DNA of 64,000 nt from a virus (Duplodnaviria; Heunggongvirae; Uroviricota; Caudoviricetes). Shown one piece after another: positions 9,715-21,448 of the stretch (position 1 is its first letter; each line of letters opens with the position of its first letter). The notes beneath the pieces were generated by a model. The model was given only the letters and a program-made list of their open reading frames with translations. It was not told the DNA's origin and did not search any database. Location of the stretch: IMG/VR virus record IMGVR_UViG_3300021166_000052, positions 197,424 to 261,423 of that record. The stretch is one strand, 5' to 3'. The position numbers were made by a program, and so were the translations under genes.

Positions 9715-11343
9715 ATGTTAAGATATCAGCCTAAATATAATGTTAATGTAGATTCAACTGGATCTGGGGATTCTACAACAATAAATTTAATAAACGCGGG
9801 TAATGTTTAGGTAACAAATATTACATCTGGGGGTATTGTTTCTTCTAAAACATATATTCCCAATACTGTCCCTGCTAATTATATTTTAACTGCTGCTACA
9901 ACAGATCATCAAACTGTAACAATATTTTTTATTGCAGAACCTACAACATTATAGTCTCCAACTATTACAGTAGATGGAATAACGTGTACTAATTTAACAC
10001 AATATGCAGATGATAGACGATTATTTTCAGGGTCTGTTACAATAACAGTCGCATCATCAAAAACGGTTACACTAACTTCGAATACAGGGAAAAGTACAAC
10101 TGTTCAAGTCAATCGAGCCGCAATGGCCCCAACTATAACCGATATCAGATTTATTAATGGATATCCGGGTACTCAAACCGAAGTTAAACAAAATGATACA
10201 TTGACAGTTCGTGTAACATTTGATCCAGCAGGAACTGCCCCCACCCAAATAGATGTTATGGATTATGGTATATCACAATCTAAGACAGTTTTAACATCTT
10301 CAACTGAATTATCATAGGGAACAGTTCACACCGCCACATTTACAATATCCACAAAATATGTAGGCAACACTGCCCAATTATTACCTATACAATTACGAGC
10401 AAGAAATTTATTTGGTACTGCTAGTAATTATATAATTTCCAATGTATATGGTACTACGGAAACTATACAGGTAATGAAAGGATGTGATTTAGTTCCTACT
10501 ATTACTGTTAATGCCACTACATACCCATCGGGGCAGGGAGCTTTTAAAAATACAGAATCTGGTAACATAAATGTTACTATTTCTAATTATACAGGTGTTA
10601 CATATTCTTCTCCAAATGGAAATTTTACAATTACATCTCCAACTATATATGCTGCGTCAAAAACTATAACTTGTACTCATCCCGGAACATATAATGATTC
10701 TGTAAATAATATTAGAGTTGTAGCTACTCGTTCTGCAAATGCAACTTCTACAACAGCAAATTTCATAGTAGAAGTTGCAGATATTGCGCCTACTGTGAAT
10801 GTATATCATTCTGAATCATATTTAAGATCTACTGAAGCCGGTTACACTTATACTATATATGCTACTAGTAATCAAAATCTATTATCAGCCCCATCTTTTA
10901 ATATACCAGTTTCTGGTATATAGGTTGCTGGTGCATTTACTGGTTCTAATAAAAATTAGCAGCGAACAATATCTATTAGGGATAGTGATATAAAAGGAAC
11001 GGCTCCATAGAGTGCTACTATATTACCAACTAATAAAGCTAAAATTGATGCAATAATTACTGGAAACCAAATTGTTAGGGGATTTAGATCGAGAATTTTA
11101 CCATTACCTGCTTTTGGAACCAGTTGTACGTTAGGGACCGCTGTAACAAGTATTGCAAATTTAGTATTTTCATAGAGTTTTAAAACAGCTATGGCATATT
11201 CCCCAATTGGATCAGTTGCACCAATTGTAGGTGGATAGACTATTAGTGCATTAAATAATAATCCAACAACTATTTATATTTTAGATTCTCAGGCGGCGGC
11301 TGCTTCATCAGCGGCCAGCACAATAACTATAGAGGAAACATGA
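9715..11343 (+). CDS. virion/tail structural protein (TAG-recoded, ~9 in-frame TAG)
   Basis: Single frame from ATG 9715 to TGA 11341-11343. ORF-track pieces 10123..10317 and 10474..10923 are in the same frame. Thr/Ser/Asn-rich. No TGG seen in the long fragments. Confidence 0.55.
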
Positions 11344-11400
11344 TTAATATAAATAGTAAATATAATTAATTTAATAATATATTTAATGGGTTTGTAATAA

Positions 11401-12021
11401 ATGCCAACTACCGCCGAATTAGCATTCGAACTAGAACGCCGGATCATTGTTTTCCATAACGCAACATCTTTACCAGATGATACTCAATTAGGTTATATAG
11501 GTGATCCTAATAATGTTGTTAATGGTGCAACTGCTGGTCAAACTTTATTATATAATTGTCCATCTGGAACATTTTTTTTAGATAAATCACAAAATCCACA
11601 TGATATTTATCAAAAAGTACAAGATGGAGCCGGTGGATTATAGATTAAACATAATAGTTCAACTACTACAACCGGGACAATTGAATTTACTGATACAACA
11701 GTATTAGCATCTACTGATATCGGAGGAGGTAGAGTTGTAATAGTTTTTAATAATAGTGCAACATATGCGGATAACACAACTAATTATTTTGGCCAAATGG
11801 GAATTACATTAAATGCAGCATCAATTGGTGCAAGTTTAAAAGTTAGATTAGCTGGTATTATTGATGATGTAAGTTTTAATTTTATAAATGGTCCGTTATA
11901 TTTAAGTAATAATGGATTAATTACACAAGTAGAACCGATAACCAATGCTAGTGTAGTATTAGGTTATCCAAAAGATAACAAATCATTTTTATTTGATCCT
12001 CAGACAATTATAGAAAGGTAA
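11401..12021 (+). CDS. structural protein (1 in-frame TAG at 11641)
   Basis: Fragments 11401..11643 and 11797..12021 share a frame and are joined by one TAG. Ends in TAA. Confidence 0.5.
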
Positions 12022-12026
12022 ATTAT

Positions 12027-12533
12027 ATGGCTGATAAATATTTAAAGAACAATGGCGCTTCTTATAAAGAAGTAGGATTTTTAGTAACAAGTACTGGTGC
12101 AAGTGATGCTGGTAAAGGTGTTGGGTTGAATGCACAGGGCCGTCTGGACGAATCTTTGATGCCCGTGGGTCTTGGTGCGGATACTAAACAAATCGTGGCT
12201 GGCGAGGCTCTGGGTGCTGGTAATTACGTTAATGTTTATAGTGACTCAACAGTTTTTAAAGTCCGTAAAGCGGATGGAACTATTGAAGGAAAATTTGTCG
12301 ATGGCTTTGTATTGGCAGCATTTGCAGCCGATGATTTAGCAACTGTATACTTTGAAGGAACTAATAATCAATTAACCGGACAAGTTGCAGGGGATGTATT
12401 TTTAGCAACAACCGCAGGTGCTGGTACATCTACACCACCTAGCGCATCTGGAAATGTTGTTCAGCGAGTAGGTGTTGCAATTAGTCCAACTGAAGTTAAT
12501 TTTGAACGCGGAATGCCTACTGTATTAGCATAA
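12027..12533 (+). CDS. structural protein, Gly/Ala-rich
   Basis: Complete 168-aa ORF. No TAG and no TGG. Confidence 0.5.
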   Translation: MADKYLKNNGASYKEVGFLVTSTGASDAGKGVGLNAQGRLDESLMPVGLGADTKQIVAGEALGAGNYVNVYSDSTVFKVRKADGTIEGKFVDGFVLAAFAADDLATVYFEGTNNQLTGQVAGDVFLATTAGAGTSTPPSASGNVVQRVGVAISPTEVNFERGMPTVLA

Positions 12534-12559
12534 TCTTTGTTTTTTTGGTTTAAAAAATA

Positions 12560-13285
12560 ATGGCACGTAAACGACCACTAGCAATATACAATGGTATACT
12601 TAGAGAAATTAACAAAGGAGATACACTACCGCCTGATGTTTTAACGGATACTATCTCTTTTGGTAATGGGGTTGAAATAGTACTATCACAACACGGTGAT
12701 AGTACTTCAACCACCTTCACTCTATCTCGTCCTGTTGAGAAAGTATTAGTTGCTGTTAATGGTTTATTACAAACAAATTATATTCAACCAAATGGAACAG
12801 ATCAATTAGTATTAGGATTTACACCTGCATCCGATGATTTAATTATTGCATATTGTTTTGGCGAAACTACCACAACAGGAATAGCAACACTTAATCGCGT
12901 TTTGGATACAACTACTGATGGAACTACTAGTAATTATACATTAGATACCACTGCATATAATGTGATGGTTTTTTTAGATGGTATATTACAATATGATTTT
13001 GTTCATGGAAACGATTCTGATTATTTATATTTAGGATTTGTGCCAATAGCTGATAAAAAATTACAAGTATATTCTGTAGTTGGTGGTATAAAAGGACCAA
13101 AGGGTGATAAAGGTGAACCCGGTGAAGCGGCGGATCACGGCTTATTAACAGGACTTGGTGATGATGATCATCCCCAATATTTAAATGAAAGCCGTGCTGA
13201 TGAAATTTATATCAGATTAGATAATACTGATATTGGAGTAGACACTAGTTATCATCATATTCAATCAATATCATTGGATACGTAG
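12560..13285 (+). CDS. tail fibre protein with short collagen-like Gly-X-Y segment
   Basis: GPKGDKGEPGE triplet repeat. An upstream domain repeated in gene 14985..15926. Ends at TAG 13283-13285. Reading through would run about 150 nt further to TGA, so the end is uncertain. Confidence 0.5.
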   Translation: MARKRPLAIYNGILREINKGDTLPPDVLTDTISFGNGVEIVLSQHGDSTSTTFTLSRPVEKVLVAVNGLLQTNYIQPNGTDQLVLGFTPASDDLIIAYCFGETTTTGIATLNRVLDTTTDGTTSNYTLDTTAYNVMVFLDGILQYDFVHGNDSDYLYLGFVPIADKKLQVYSVVGGIKGPKGDKGEPGEAADHGLLTGLGDDDHPQYLNESRADEIYIRLDNTDIGVDTSYHHIQSISLDT

Positions 13286-13437
13286 TATATTGAACATAAT
13301 TTAAATAAATATCCTTCCGTAGTTATAATTGATTCATCTATGGATAAGGAAGAAGTATATGGAACAATAAAACATATAGACTTAAATAGACTTAATGTCT
13401 ATTTCTCATCAAACTTTACTGGAGAGGCATACTTATC

Positions 13438-14967
13438 ATGAAATTTTTAAATAATATTAATCTAACATTAAATGAAATCCAAAATGTAAAATTACATAAT
13501 CTAGGATCGGCACCTACTGGTTATGAAGGTTTAATTTACTACGATACCGCATTAAAACGTACCGGCGTTTATATGAATAGCACCTAGAAGTATTTTGTAA
13601 CATATGATTTACTAGGTGCTGCTTCTGGTGTTGCAACCCTGAATGCAAGTTCATTAGTGGTTCAAAATCCAGCAAGTGCTGCTTCTACATCAGGCGGAGC
13701 CGCTGGAGTTATCCCAATTACCCCCGCTGGTGGTAGATTAGACGGTTCATTTATTCCGCTATTAAATAATATACCAGCACCAACTGGGGCGGTATCGTTA
13801 AATTCACAAGCTATTACTAATTTAGCTAATCCTACCAATCCTCAAGACGCTGCTACTAAAAATTATGTAGATTCTGCTGTACAGGGACTTGATACTAAAG
13901 CATCTGTTCGTGTTGCAACTACGGGTGCTATTACTTTAACAAATACTCAAACAGTTGATGGTGTTTCATTAATTGTAGGTGATAGAGTATTAGTAAAAGA
14001 TCAAGGAACAGCTTCTGCTAATGGTATTTATATAGTATCTGCTACAGCATAGACAAGAGCTACTGATGCTGATTCGTGGAATGAATTAGTTGCAGCATAT
14101 GTGTTTATTGAAGAAGGTACAACTTATGCAGACACTGGTTAGGTTTGTACCGTTGATGCTGGTGGTACACTTGGAACAACTGATGTAACATTTGCTCAGT
14201 TTTCTGCCGCCGGTACTGTAACTGCTGCCAATGTAGGGGCAGGAACTGGTACTATCTTTAGAGATAAAACAGGAAATGTAATCAATTTAAAATCTATTGC
14301 CGCTGGTTCTACTAAATTAAGTATTACTAATAATGCAGATAATATTACATTGGATGTTAATGAAGCAAACTTAGTATTTGCTAATATGACATCTTCTGGA
14401 ACATTAGCTGTTGCAAAAGGTGGTACTGGAACTACTACTTCAACTGGTACTGGTTCTGTTGTATTATCAAATTCACCTGCATTAGTTACGCCAACTTTAG
14501 GAGTAGCAACTGCTACATCTATAAATAAGGTAACTATTACTGCTCCAACATCAGGAGCTACATTAACTATTGCAGACGGTGCAACATTATCTACTGCTGG
14601 ATCATATACTTTAATGTTAACTGCTACTGGAGCAACAAATGTAACTTTTCCGACATCTGGTACATTGTTAAGCACAGCAGCAGCAGTAACAGTTGCACAG
14701 GGTGGTACAGGTTCAACTACAGCGGCTGGAGCTAAAACTAATTTAGGTTTTATGACTCGTTATTCTGCTGACATTGGTAATGGTTCATTGACTACTATTC
14801 CAGTTGTACATGGTTTGAGTACATTAGATGTTCAAATTACGGTATATGAAAAAGCTGGAAATTCTGTAGTGTATCCTGATATTATGTTAACTGATGCTAA
14901 TACTGCTTCAATTGTATTCTCAGTAGCTCCAACTGTAAATCAATATAGAGTAGTTGTAATAGGATAA
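13438..14967 (+). CDS. tail fibre protein (conserved phage tail-fibre N-terminal domain; 3 in-frame TAG)
   Basis: The segment VRVATTGAITLTNTQTVDGVSLIVGDRVLVKDQGTASANGIYIVSATA(TAG)TRATDADSW...ADTG(TAG)VCTVDAGGTLGTT..FAQFS matches a widespread phage tail-fibre domain. An AKGGTG...TNLG motif lies downstream. Frame is continuous through fragments 13657..14052 and 14350..14967. Confidence 0.65.
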
Positions 14968-14984
14968 TTAAAGGAGATTGACTA

Positions 14985-15926
14985 ATGCCTAAAATATTGG
15001 GACAGACGGAAGTAGTTGGTAGTTTAACGGCTACTTCCGTCAATGGTATTACTGGTTTAAATTCCAACGATGGTACAATTCAACCAAATGGTAGTGTAGC
15101 AGACGCTGGTATATCTAATTATGCAGCAAGGGCAGATCATGTTCATGTTGGTGGTATCGGTGGCGGTGCGTCTTATTTAAATGATTTACTTGATGTCAAC
15201 ATTAGTTCTGTTGCAGATGGAAATGTATTATTATATGATTCAGATACTACCAATTAGGTTAATGTGGTATCAAATATAGAAAGTATCGAAACTGTTTTAG
15301 ATACTACAGGAAATGGAACTACTACATTTACTTTATCTAAAGCGGTTGGTAAAGTATTAACTACAATAGATGGTATAGTTCAAAGAGATTTTACACAACC
15401 AAATGGTACAAATCAGTTAGTTTTTGGTTTTATACCAGATACAACAGAAAATGTTACAGCATATAGTTTTAATAATATATCAGTAGGCGGTGGTGGAGGA
15501 GCTAGTACATTAGATGAACTAACTAATGTTAATGCTCCATCTCCAACTGAAGACCAAATATTATCATAGGATTCTACGAGCGGCCAGTAGATTGCAAAAA
15601 CATTAGTTATTGGTGATGACACATCTGGTATAGTTTTATCAGAAATTGGAACTGCTACTATAAATTTCGGTGATTAGCCCGGTCAAAATGAAGCCACAAT
15701 TATATTAGATACATTAACTAATATAACATCTACTGCTAAAATTACAGCATAGATAACCGCTGATTCTACATCGGAAGATCATTCAGAGAGTGACCACCGA
15801 TATTTAGCATTATTTACAAAATTAGTTTGTACATCTCCGATTGCTGGTGTTGGATTTACTATATATTGTATATCAGAACATAAATTAGAAGGACATTTTA
15901 CTATCAATTAGGCATAGACTGATTAA
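14985..15926 (+). CDS. tail-fibre-like protein (7 in-frame TAG)
   Basis: Frame 0 is continuous from ATG 14985 through TAG 15255, 15567, 15588, 15675, 15750, 15909 and 15915 to TAA 15924-15926. Shares a domain with 12560..13285. Confidence 0.5.
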
Positions 15927-15939
15927 GAGGAGATGAAAC

Positions 15940-16707
15940 TTGCCACCATATAAAACATATATTAGAGAGTAGGATTGTAAGCCACCATCACATATACCAA
16001 TTAGAACAGATAATCATTAGTCTACACAAGGATTAGTTTATTGTAATATGTTTAATGAATCGTTAATGGAAAGTATTTCTGGGGTTGTTGGTGATCCAAC
16101 TGGTAATATAATAACACCAGATGGTGTAAGATTTACTGAAGATACTGATAGATTGGTATATCCACCACATATAAAACCTATGCAACTAAATCAAACTAGC
16201 ACTGTTATTGTAACTACTAAATTTGATGTTAAAAAATAGACACCAAATATGAAGTTATTAGCTGTTGATGGTAATGACATTACATTTTATAATTTAGGAA
16301 AATATATTTATTTGGATTTTTATTATGCTGGCAACGCTTCTGTTATTGCTTATAATGATAGTTATAATAAGTAGACGCAATGGATTTCTATACGGGCCGC
16401 TACTTATAAAAGTATATATATAAATTGTGAAATGGCAACGCAAGTAATGGATATGAATGGTGGGTATATTAATTCAACATCTAGTATGACATTTGGTAAT
16501 AGTGTTATAGATGATAGTAATCCATTTAAAGGTACTATTGGATATATGTTAGTTTATAATAGAACTCTTACTGAAAGAGAAATGACACTATTATAGCAAA
16601 ATCCATATCAAATGTACGAACCCGAAGTATTGTATATTGACCAAGAAAGACCATATAATTATCAAATCACTAAAACAAACCGAAGTAAAATATTTAATTT
16701 AAGTTAA
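15940..16707 (+). CDS. LamG/concanavalin-like jelly-roll protein (paralog 1; TTG start; 5 in-frame TAG)
   Basis: AAGAGGAG RBS 7 nt upstream of TTG 15940. C-terminal FKGTIGYMLVYNRTLTEREMTLL resembles the LamG fold. N-terminus parallels gene 17114 (YKxYIxE(TAG)DxKPP...H(TAG)S). Confidence 0.4.
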
Positions 16708-16718
16708 AGGGAATAAAA

Positions 16719-17114
16719 ATGGCATAGTCTAATAAAACGACCCTCACTGGAGTTGGGGCCGAATTAAGTGAGATCACAAATATTGATGCTAATTATGTAG
16801 ATGTTAATCATTATACTGAGTGGGTAACATTAAACCCCGGTGAAATTGCAGATTTAGAAATTAATGTGGTTTTTGGTGCAGGTGGAACCGATGTTTGGTA
16901 CAGAGTTGTGAAAACATTAGATGAAACTTCTGAAGCTCCACAAAATATACCATATATAGCAGGAGTATTTGCATATTCATCTAGTGGCAATTATAAAAAA
17001 TCAGTAGTAATATCTAATTGTTATAAATTTAGAATCGAATTTAGAAAAGGTGGAACCACTGCTGGTACATATACACCTTATGTATATATGAGAAAGAATG
17101 GTGTGTCTGTGTAA
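16719..17114 (+). CDS. small structural protein (1 in-frame TAG)
   Basis: ATG 16719. Fragment 16866..17114 is in the same frame. Stop TAA overlaps the next ATG (gtgTAATGg). Confidence 0.4.
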
Positions 17115-17914
17115 TGGCGGCATATAAACAATATATTAAAGAATAGGATACTAAACCTCCATCTGGTACAAAATTAAGAACCGATGGCCATTAGTCTGTT
17201 AAAAATCTAGTATATTGTAATACATTTAATGATTCATTTACAGAAAGTGTCAACGGAATAATTGGTACACCTTATGGTAATATATTAACACCAGATGGTG
17301 TTTGTTTTACAAATGATACTGATAAATTAGTATATCCAGCTAATACATTTAAAATGTTAGGTTCACTAATTGGCCCCTATACAATTTTATTTTCGTTTAG
17401 ACCACCAGATATATATCAAACAGAAGCAAATTCATATATTATTGGCAACGGATCACAAGAAATAGCTTTATTTTAGGTAGGCCCATCTACATTTAATATG
17501 GATTTTACAATGGGACTATCATCATTAAATCAATTAAATACGGCTCTACATTACGACCAATAGCAACACTGGCAATTAATACGTACATTACAGGGAACAA
17601 TATCATTTTTAAATGGTGTTATGATAGAAGCATCAGACGAACCGGAGTATGGTGATATAATAACTACAAATCCATAGATTTTTGGTAATAATAGCACAGA
17701 TACAGGGGTATTTAAAGGAACAATCGGGTATTTTTATATTTATAACACTGATTTTGTTAATTATCATACCCCGACATAGGAACTAGATTCTTTATAGAAA
17801 AATCCATACCAGATGTTTGAATCAGAAGTATTATATATTGATCAAGAAAAACCAAAAATGTATAATATAACTGAAACTAATAGATCACAAAATTCGATGT
17901 TAATTGGTTAGTAA
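17114..17914 (+). CDS. LamG/concanavalin-like jelly-roll protein (paralog 2; ~8 in-frame TAG)
   Basis: Read by eye in frame 2 from ATG 17114 to TAG-TAA at 17909-17914. N-terminal 60 aa are about 60% identical to gene 15940. C-terminal FKGTIGYFYIYN motif. Confidence 0.4.
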
Positions 17915-17957
17915 TGTTAATAAAATAAATTAATTATTAAATATAAGGTTTTGAAAA

Positions 17958-18275
17958 ATGATTCCAAAAATAGAAGATAGAGATTATAAATATCAAGGTA
18001 ACAATATTTGTAGTATTTTTGCTACTTTAAATATATATGCTGATGACAACACAACTATCGTAGATAGTGTAAAGTTACAAGCAAATTTTGATATATCTGA
18101 TGTAGATAATGTTGTTGCGTTTGCAACCGAACAATTATCATCACAAGTAATGGATTATATGTCAAAATTAGTTTATATTGATAATTTAAGAAAACAGATA
18201 TTTCCAACGTCAATAGACTTTAAAGACGCAATTAATTCTATATTAGATCCAATTCAAGCATCACTTGTTGGATAA
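17958..18275 (+). CDS. hypothetical protein
   Basis: Complete 105-aa ORF. Confidence 0.45.
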   Translation: MIPKIEDRDYKYQGNNICSIFATLNIYADDNTTIVDSVKLQANFDISDVDNVVAFATEQLSSQVMDYMSKLVYIDNLRKQIFPTSIDFKDAINSILDPIQASLVG

Positions 18276-18309
18276 TATAATAAAATAAGAAATAAATAGG
18301 AGATCAAAC

Positions 18310-19776
18310 ATGTCATTAGATACAACAATTAAAGGATCGACAACTGGAAATGGTGCAGAAGTTGATTCTGTTCATAGATTAAAAGTAAACTTAGCAACCG
18401 GTGATGTACCAGCGGAAGTGGGCGGGGTACGCAATTTTTCCGAAGTAGATCCCGGTACACGAACAGGCTCTCCTTTATTACGATCAAATGAAGTTAGTAT
18501 GGATTATCGAGCTAGAGTTGGAACTGATACTGTTCTATTTAGTGATATCTTTAATGCTGGTGCCCAAAATATTAGTTTATATAAATGTGCATTCACCACA
18601 ATGACATTAACTCAATCTGCTGGATTTTTGAATATAAATGCAGCGGGAACATCTACAGTATCTGGTAACTATGCACAATTACAAACATAGAGATATTTTC
18701 CTTTGATTGGAACATCGCCACTCGCTGTAGAATTTGTAATAATGGTTGATAGATATCCAGTTGCAAATGAAACATTTTTATGTGGTTTGGGCGTAGCGAA
18801 TGCTGCAAATGAACCAATTGATGGTGTGTAGTTTGAATATACTGATGCTGGATTGAAGGGTTGTCAAAAATATAATAGTGGCGTTACTGATAAAGTACTA
18901 TTAATGAATGCTAATGAATTAACTTTTAATACTACTAAAAAATTTGTATTAGTTGTTAGTTATGATAAAATAGAATTTTAGATCAATGATATTTTATATG
19001 GTACATTAAATAGAGATGCTGCAACTGGTATACCGTTTATTACTGGGGCATTACCATGGTTTTGTACTAAATATAATAATGCTGTAATTGGAACATCTCC
19101 AAATATGAAAGTAATGATTGCTAATGTAAATATTACTTTAATGGATATTTCCTCTAATATGACATAGAGTGGCCAGATGGCCAGTGCTGGTCTTGTTATG
19201 CAGCAGATGAATGGTGGTACTGCTGGTTCCCCACAAGTCCAATGGGCTAATACTGCATTACCTACAGCAGCAGCAGCAACAAATACTACAGCGGCATTGG
19301 GGGCATTTTTAGGAGGTATTTTCCAAATGAACGCTCCTGCAACATCCGCAACTGATATTATTATAGCTAGTTATTTAAATCCAGTCGGTGGCGTTGCACA
19401 GACTCCACGAACAATTAAATTAAGAGGAATTAAAGTAGATTGTGTTAATGCAGTTGTTGCTGTTGCCACAACAGCTACTACATTTGCAGTAGCTGTAGCA
19501 TAGGGTGGAACAACTTTAACATTAGCAGCCACTGAATCTGCAAGTTTCGCAACTGCAACTGTCAAAGCTCGTAGAATACAACCAATTGGTGTAATAACAT
19601 TCCCGATTGCATCACCGGTAGGATATGCAGCATCGCCAATTCAGTTCGATTTTGAAGCACCACTTCTTATAAGTCCGGGTGAGTATGTTCAAATAATAGC
19701 AAAACCACTAATTGGAACAGCGACATCAACTGAAGTATTTCAATGGATTATATCACCAAATTTGTATTGTGAATAA
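18310..19776 (+). CDS. large structural protein (5 in-frame TAG)
   Basis: Fragments 18310..18690 and 19177..19503 are in the same frame. Continuous to TAA 19774-19776. Ala/Thr-rich. Confidence 0.5.
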
Positions 19777-19795
19777 TATTGTGGTATATTGATAT

Positions 19796-20278
19796 ATGAA
19801 ACAAAAAATAAGTAAATCTATAATTAGAGACTTATCTGAAGCAGCATCGGTTGTACTTATAAATGATAGTACAACCGATGCTGCTTGGTATCCTATAGTA
19901 GCATCAATATCATCTGGTACTGTATCTAATATATATACAAGTTCTACTAAATTAACATTTAATCCCGCAACTGGAAATTTTAGTGCAACTCAATTTACGT
20001 CATTATCAGATAAAAAATTAAAAGAAAATATACAACCAATAGAAGATGCGCTTTATATAATAAATCAGTTAGAAGGTGTAGAATTTGATTGGAAAGATTC
20101 TAAAAATCATAGTTCTGGTTTAATAGCACAGGATGTAGAAAATATACTACCATTTTTAGTTGTTGAAACAGAAAATAAATCTATAAATTATAATGGTATT
20201 ATAGGATATTTAGTAAATGCTATCAATGAGTTACATCAAGAAGTTAATATATTAAAACAAAAACTAGAAGATAAATAA
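19796..20278 (+). CDS. short tail fibre/spike with C-terminal intramolecular chaperone autoprotease (peptidase S74) domain
   Basis: LSDKKLKENIQPIEDAL...LEGVEFDWKD...GLIAQDVENILPFLV is the classic S74 / endosialidase-chaperone signature. Confidence 0.7.
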   Translation: MKQKISKSIIRDLSEAASVVLINDSTTDAAWYPIVASISSGTVSNIYTSSTKLTFNPATGNFSATQFTSLSDKKLKENIQPIEDALYIINQLEGVEFDWKDSKNHSSGLIAQDVENILPFLVVETENKSINYNGIIGYLVNAINELHQEVNILKQKLEDK

Positions 20279-20280
20279 AG

Positions 20281-20844
20281 ATGGAAAATAGTAATTTTAT
20301 TGGTTACAATAATACTTATTATTGTAACTCTGACTTAGATTCAATTTATGTAACTGAACAATATATCATTGATAGATTTGGTGGTTTTAATTTGATGAGT
20401 TAGGGATGGAACAACGGTGGCCAACTAGGCTCAGAAAATATAGTAAATCGGTCTTCCCCAGTACAAGTGGGTAGTTTAACTAATTGGAAGTTGGTTTCAT
20501 GCGGAAGCTATTCAACATTTACATTAGCAATTAAAAATGATGGTACTTTATAGTCTTAGGGAAATAATAATGAAGGTCAATTGGGATTAAATGATACTAC
20601 CCCTTATTCTTCACCTGTACAAGTTGGAAGTTTAACTGATTGGAAGTTGGTTTCATGTGGATTATATCATACCATGGCAATTAAAACCAACGGAACGCTG
20701 TAGGCGTTTGGTTATCATGGTAATGGTGAATTAGGATTAAATGATATAATAAGTCGCTCTTCACCTACTCAAGTTGGTAGTTTAACAACTTAGAAAGATG
20801 TCTCCGCTGATTGGGGACAGACTGTGTTATTATTAAATGATTAA
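20281..20844 (+). CDS. RCC1-repeat protein (5 in-frame TAG, each at a conserved Trp position)
   Basis: Codon-checked single frame. Repeats of GTL(TAG)S(TAG)GNNNEGQLGLND..SSPVQVGSLTDWKLVSCG match the RCC1 consensus GTLWAWGxNxxGQLG. The third repeat has SLTT(TAG)KDVSA where the other repeats have SLTNWK / SLTDWK with TGG. Confidence 0.7.
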
Positions 20845-20896
20845 ATATATTTCTTGATATATATAGTTTTTATACTATACCATATGGAGATAATTA

Positions 20897-21448
20897 ATGA
20901 ACATAAACATCGGATCTGGTTATAAAAAATATAAAGATTACATAAACTTAGATGCTGATTTCAATTGTAATCCTGATATTTTATTTGATTTAGAAAATGA
21001 CATCTTCCCATTTGAAGACAGTTCTATTGATAAAGTAATAGCACATCATATTTTAGAACATATTGGAGATGGATATTTTCATGTTTTAAAAGAATTGTAT
21101 AGAATATGTAAACATGGAGCAATTATCGATATCCGCGCCCCACATCATAATCATGAAGTATTCCATAATGATCCAACCCATAAAAGACCCATCACAGTTG
21201 AAGGTATGCGTCTTTTTTCAAAAAAATATAATAAATATGAAATTGATAGAGGGGGATCTTCTTCTACACTCGGTATTATTTATAATATAGATTTTGAAAT
21301 TGTTGCATTTGATTATGTATATGATTCGTTTTATAATGAAATATTTAAAACAAACACCCAAACTCAAAATATTAGGTTATGTAGAGAGTTTATAAACACT
21401 ACATTAGAAACCCATATTATTATTACACCAATTAAGGACGTTATATAA
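20897..21448 (+). CDS. class I SAM-dependent methyltransferase
   Basis: N-terminal IGSG..Y.....N.D motif and overall Methyltransf_11-like pattern. No TAG. Confidence 0.55.
   Translation: MNINIGSGYKKYKDYINLDADFNCNPDILFDLENDIFPFEDSSIDKVIAHHILEHIGDGYFHVLKELYRICKHGAIIDIRAPHHNHEVFHNDPTHKRPITVEGMRLFSKKYNKYEIDRGGSSSTLGIIYNIDFEIVAFDYVYDSFYNEIFKTNTQTQNIRLCREFINTTLETHIIITPIKDVI

Noticed and set aside
4083-11343. Possibility that TGA is also recoded
   Set aside because: Genes such as 4713-5198 and 9715-11343 end at TGA with proper downstream gene starts. No in-frame TGA is needed to maintain any long frame.
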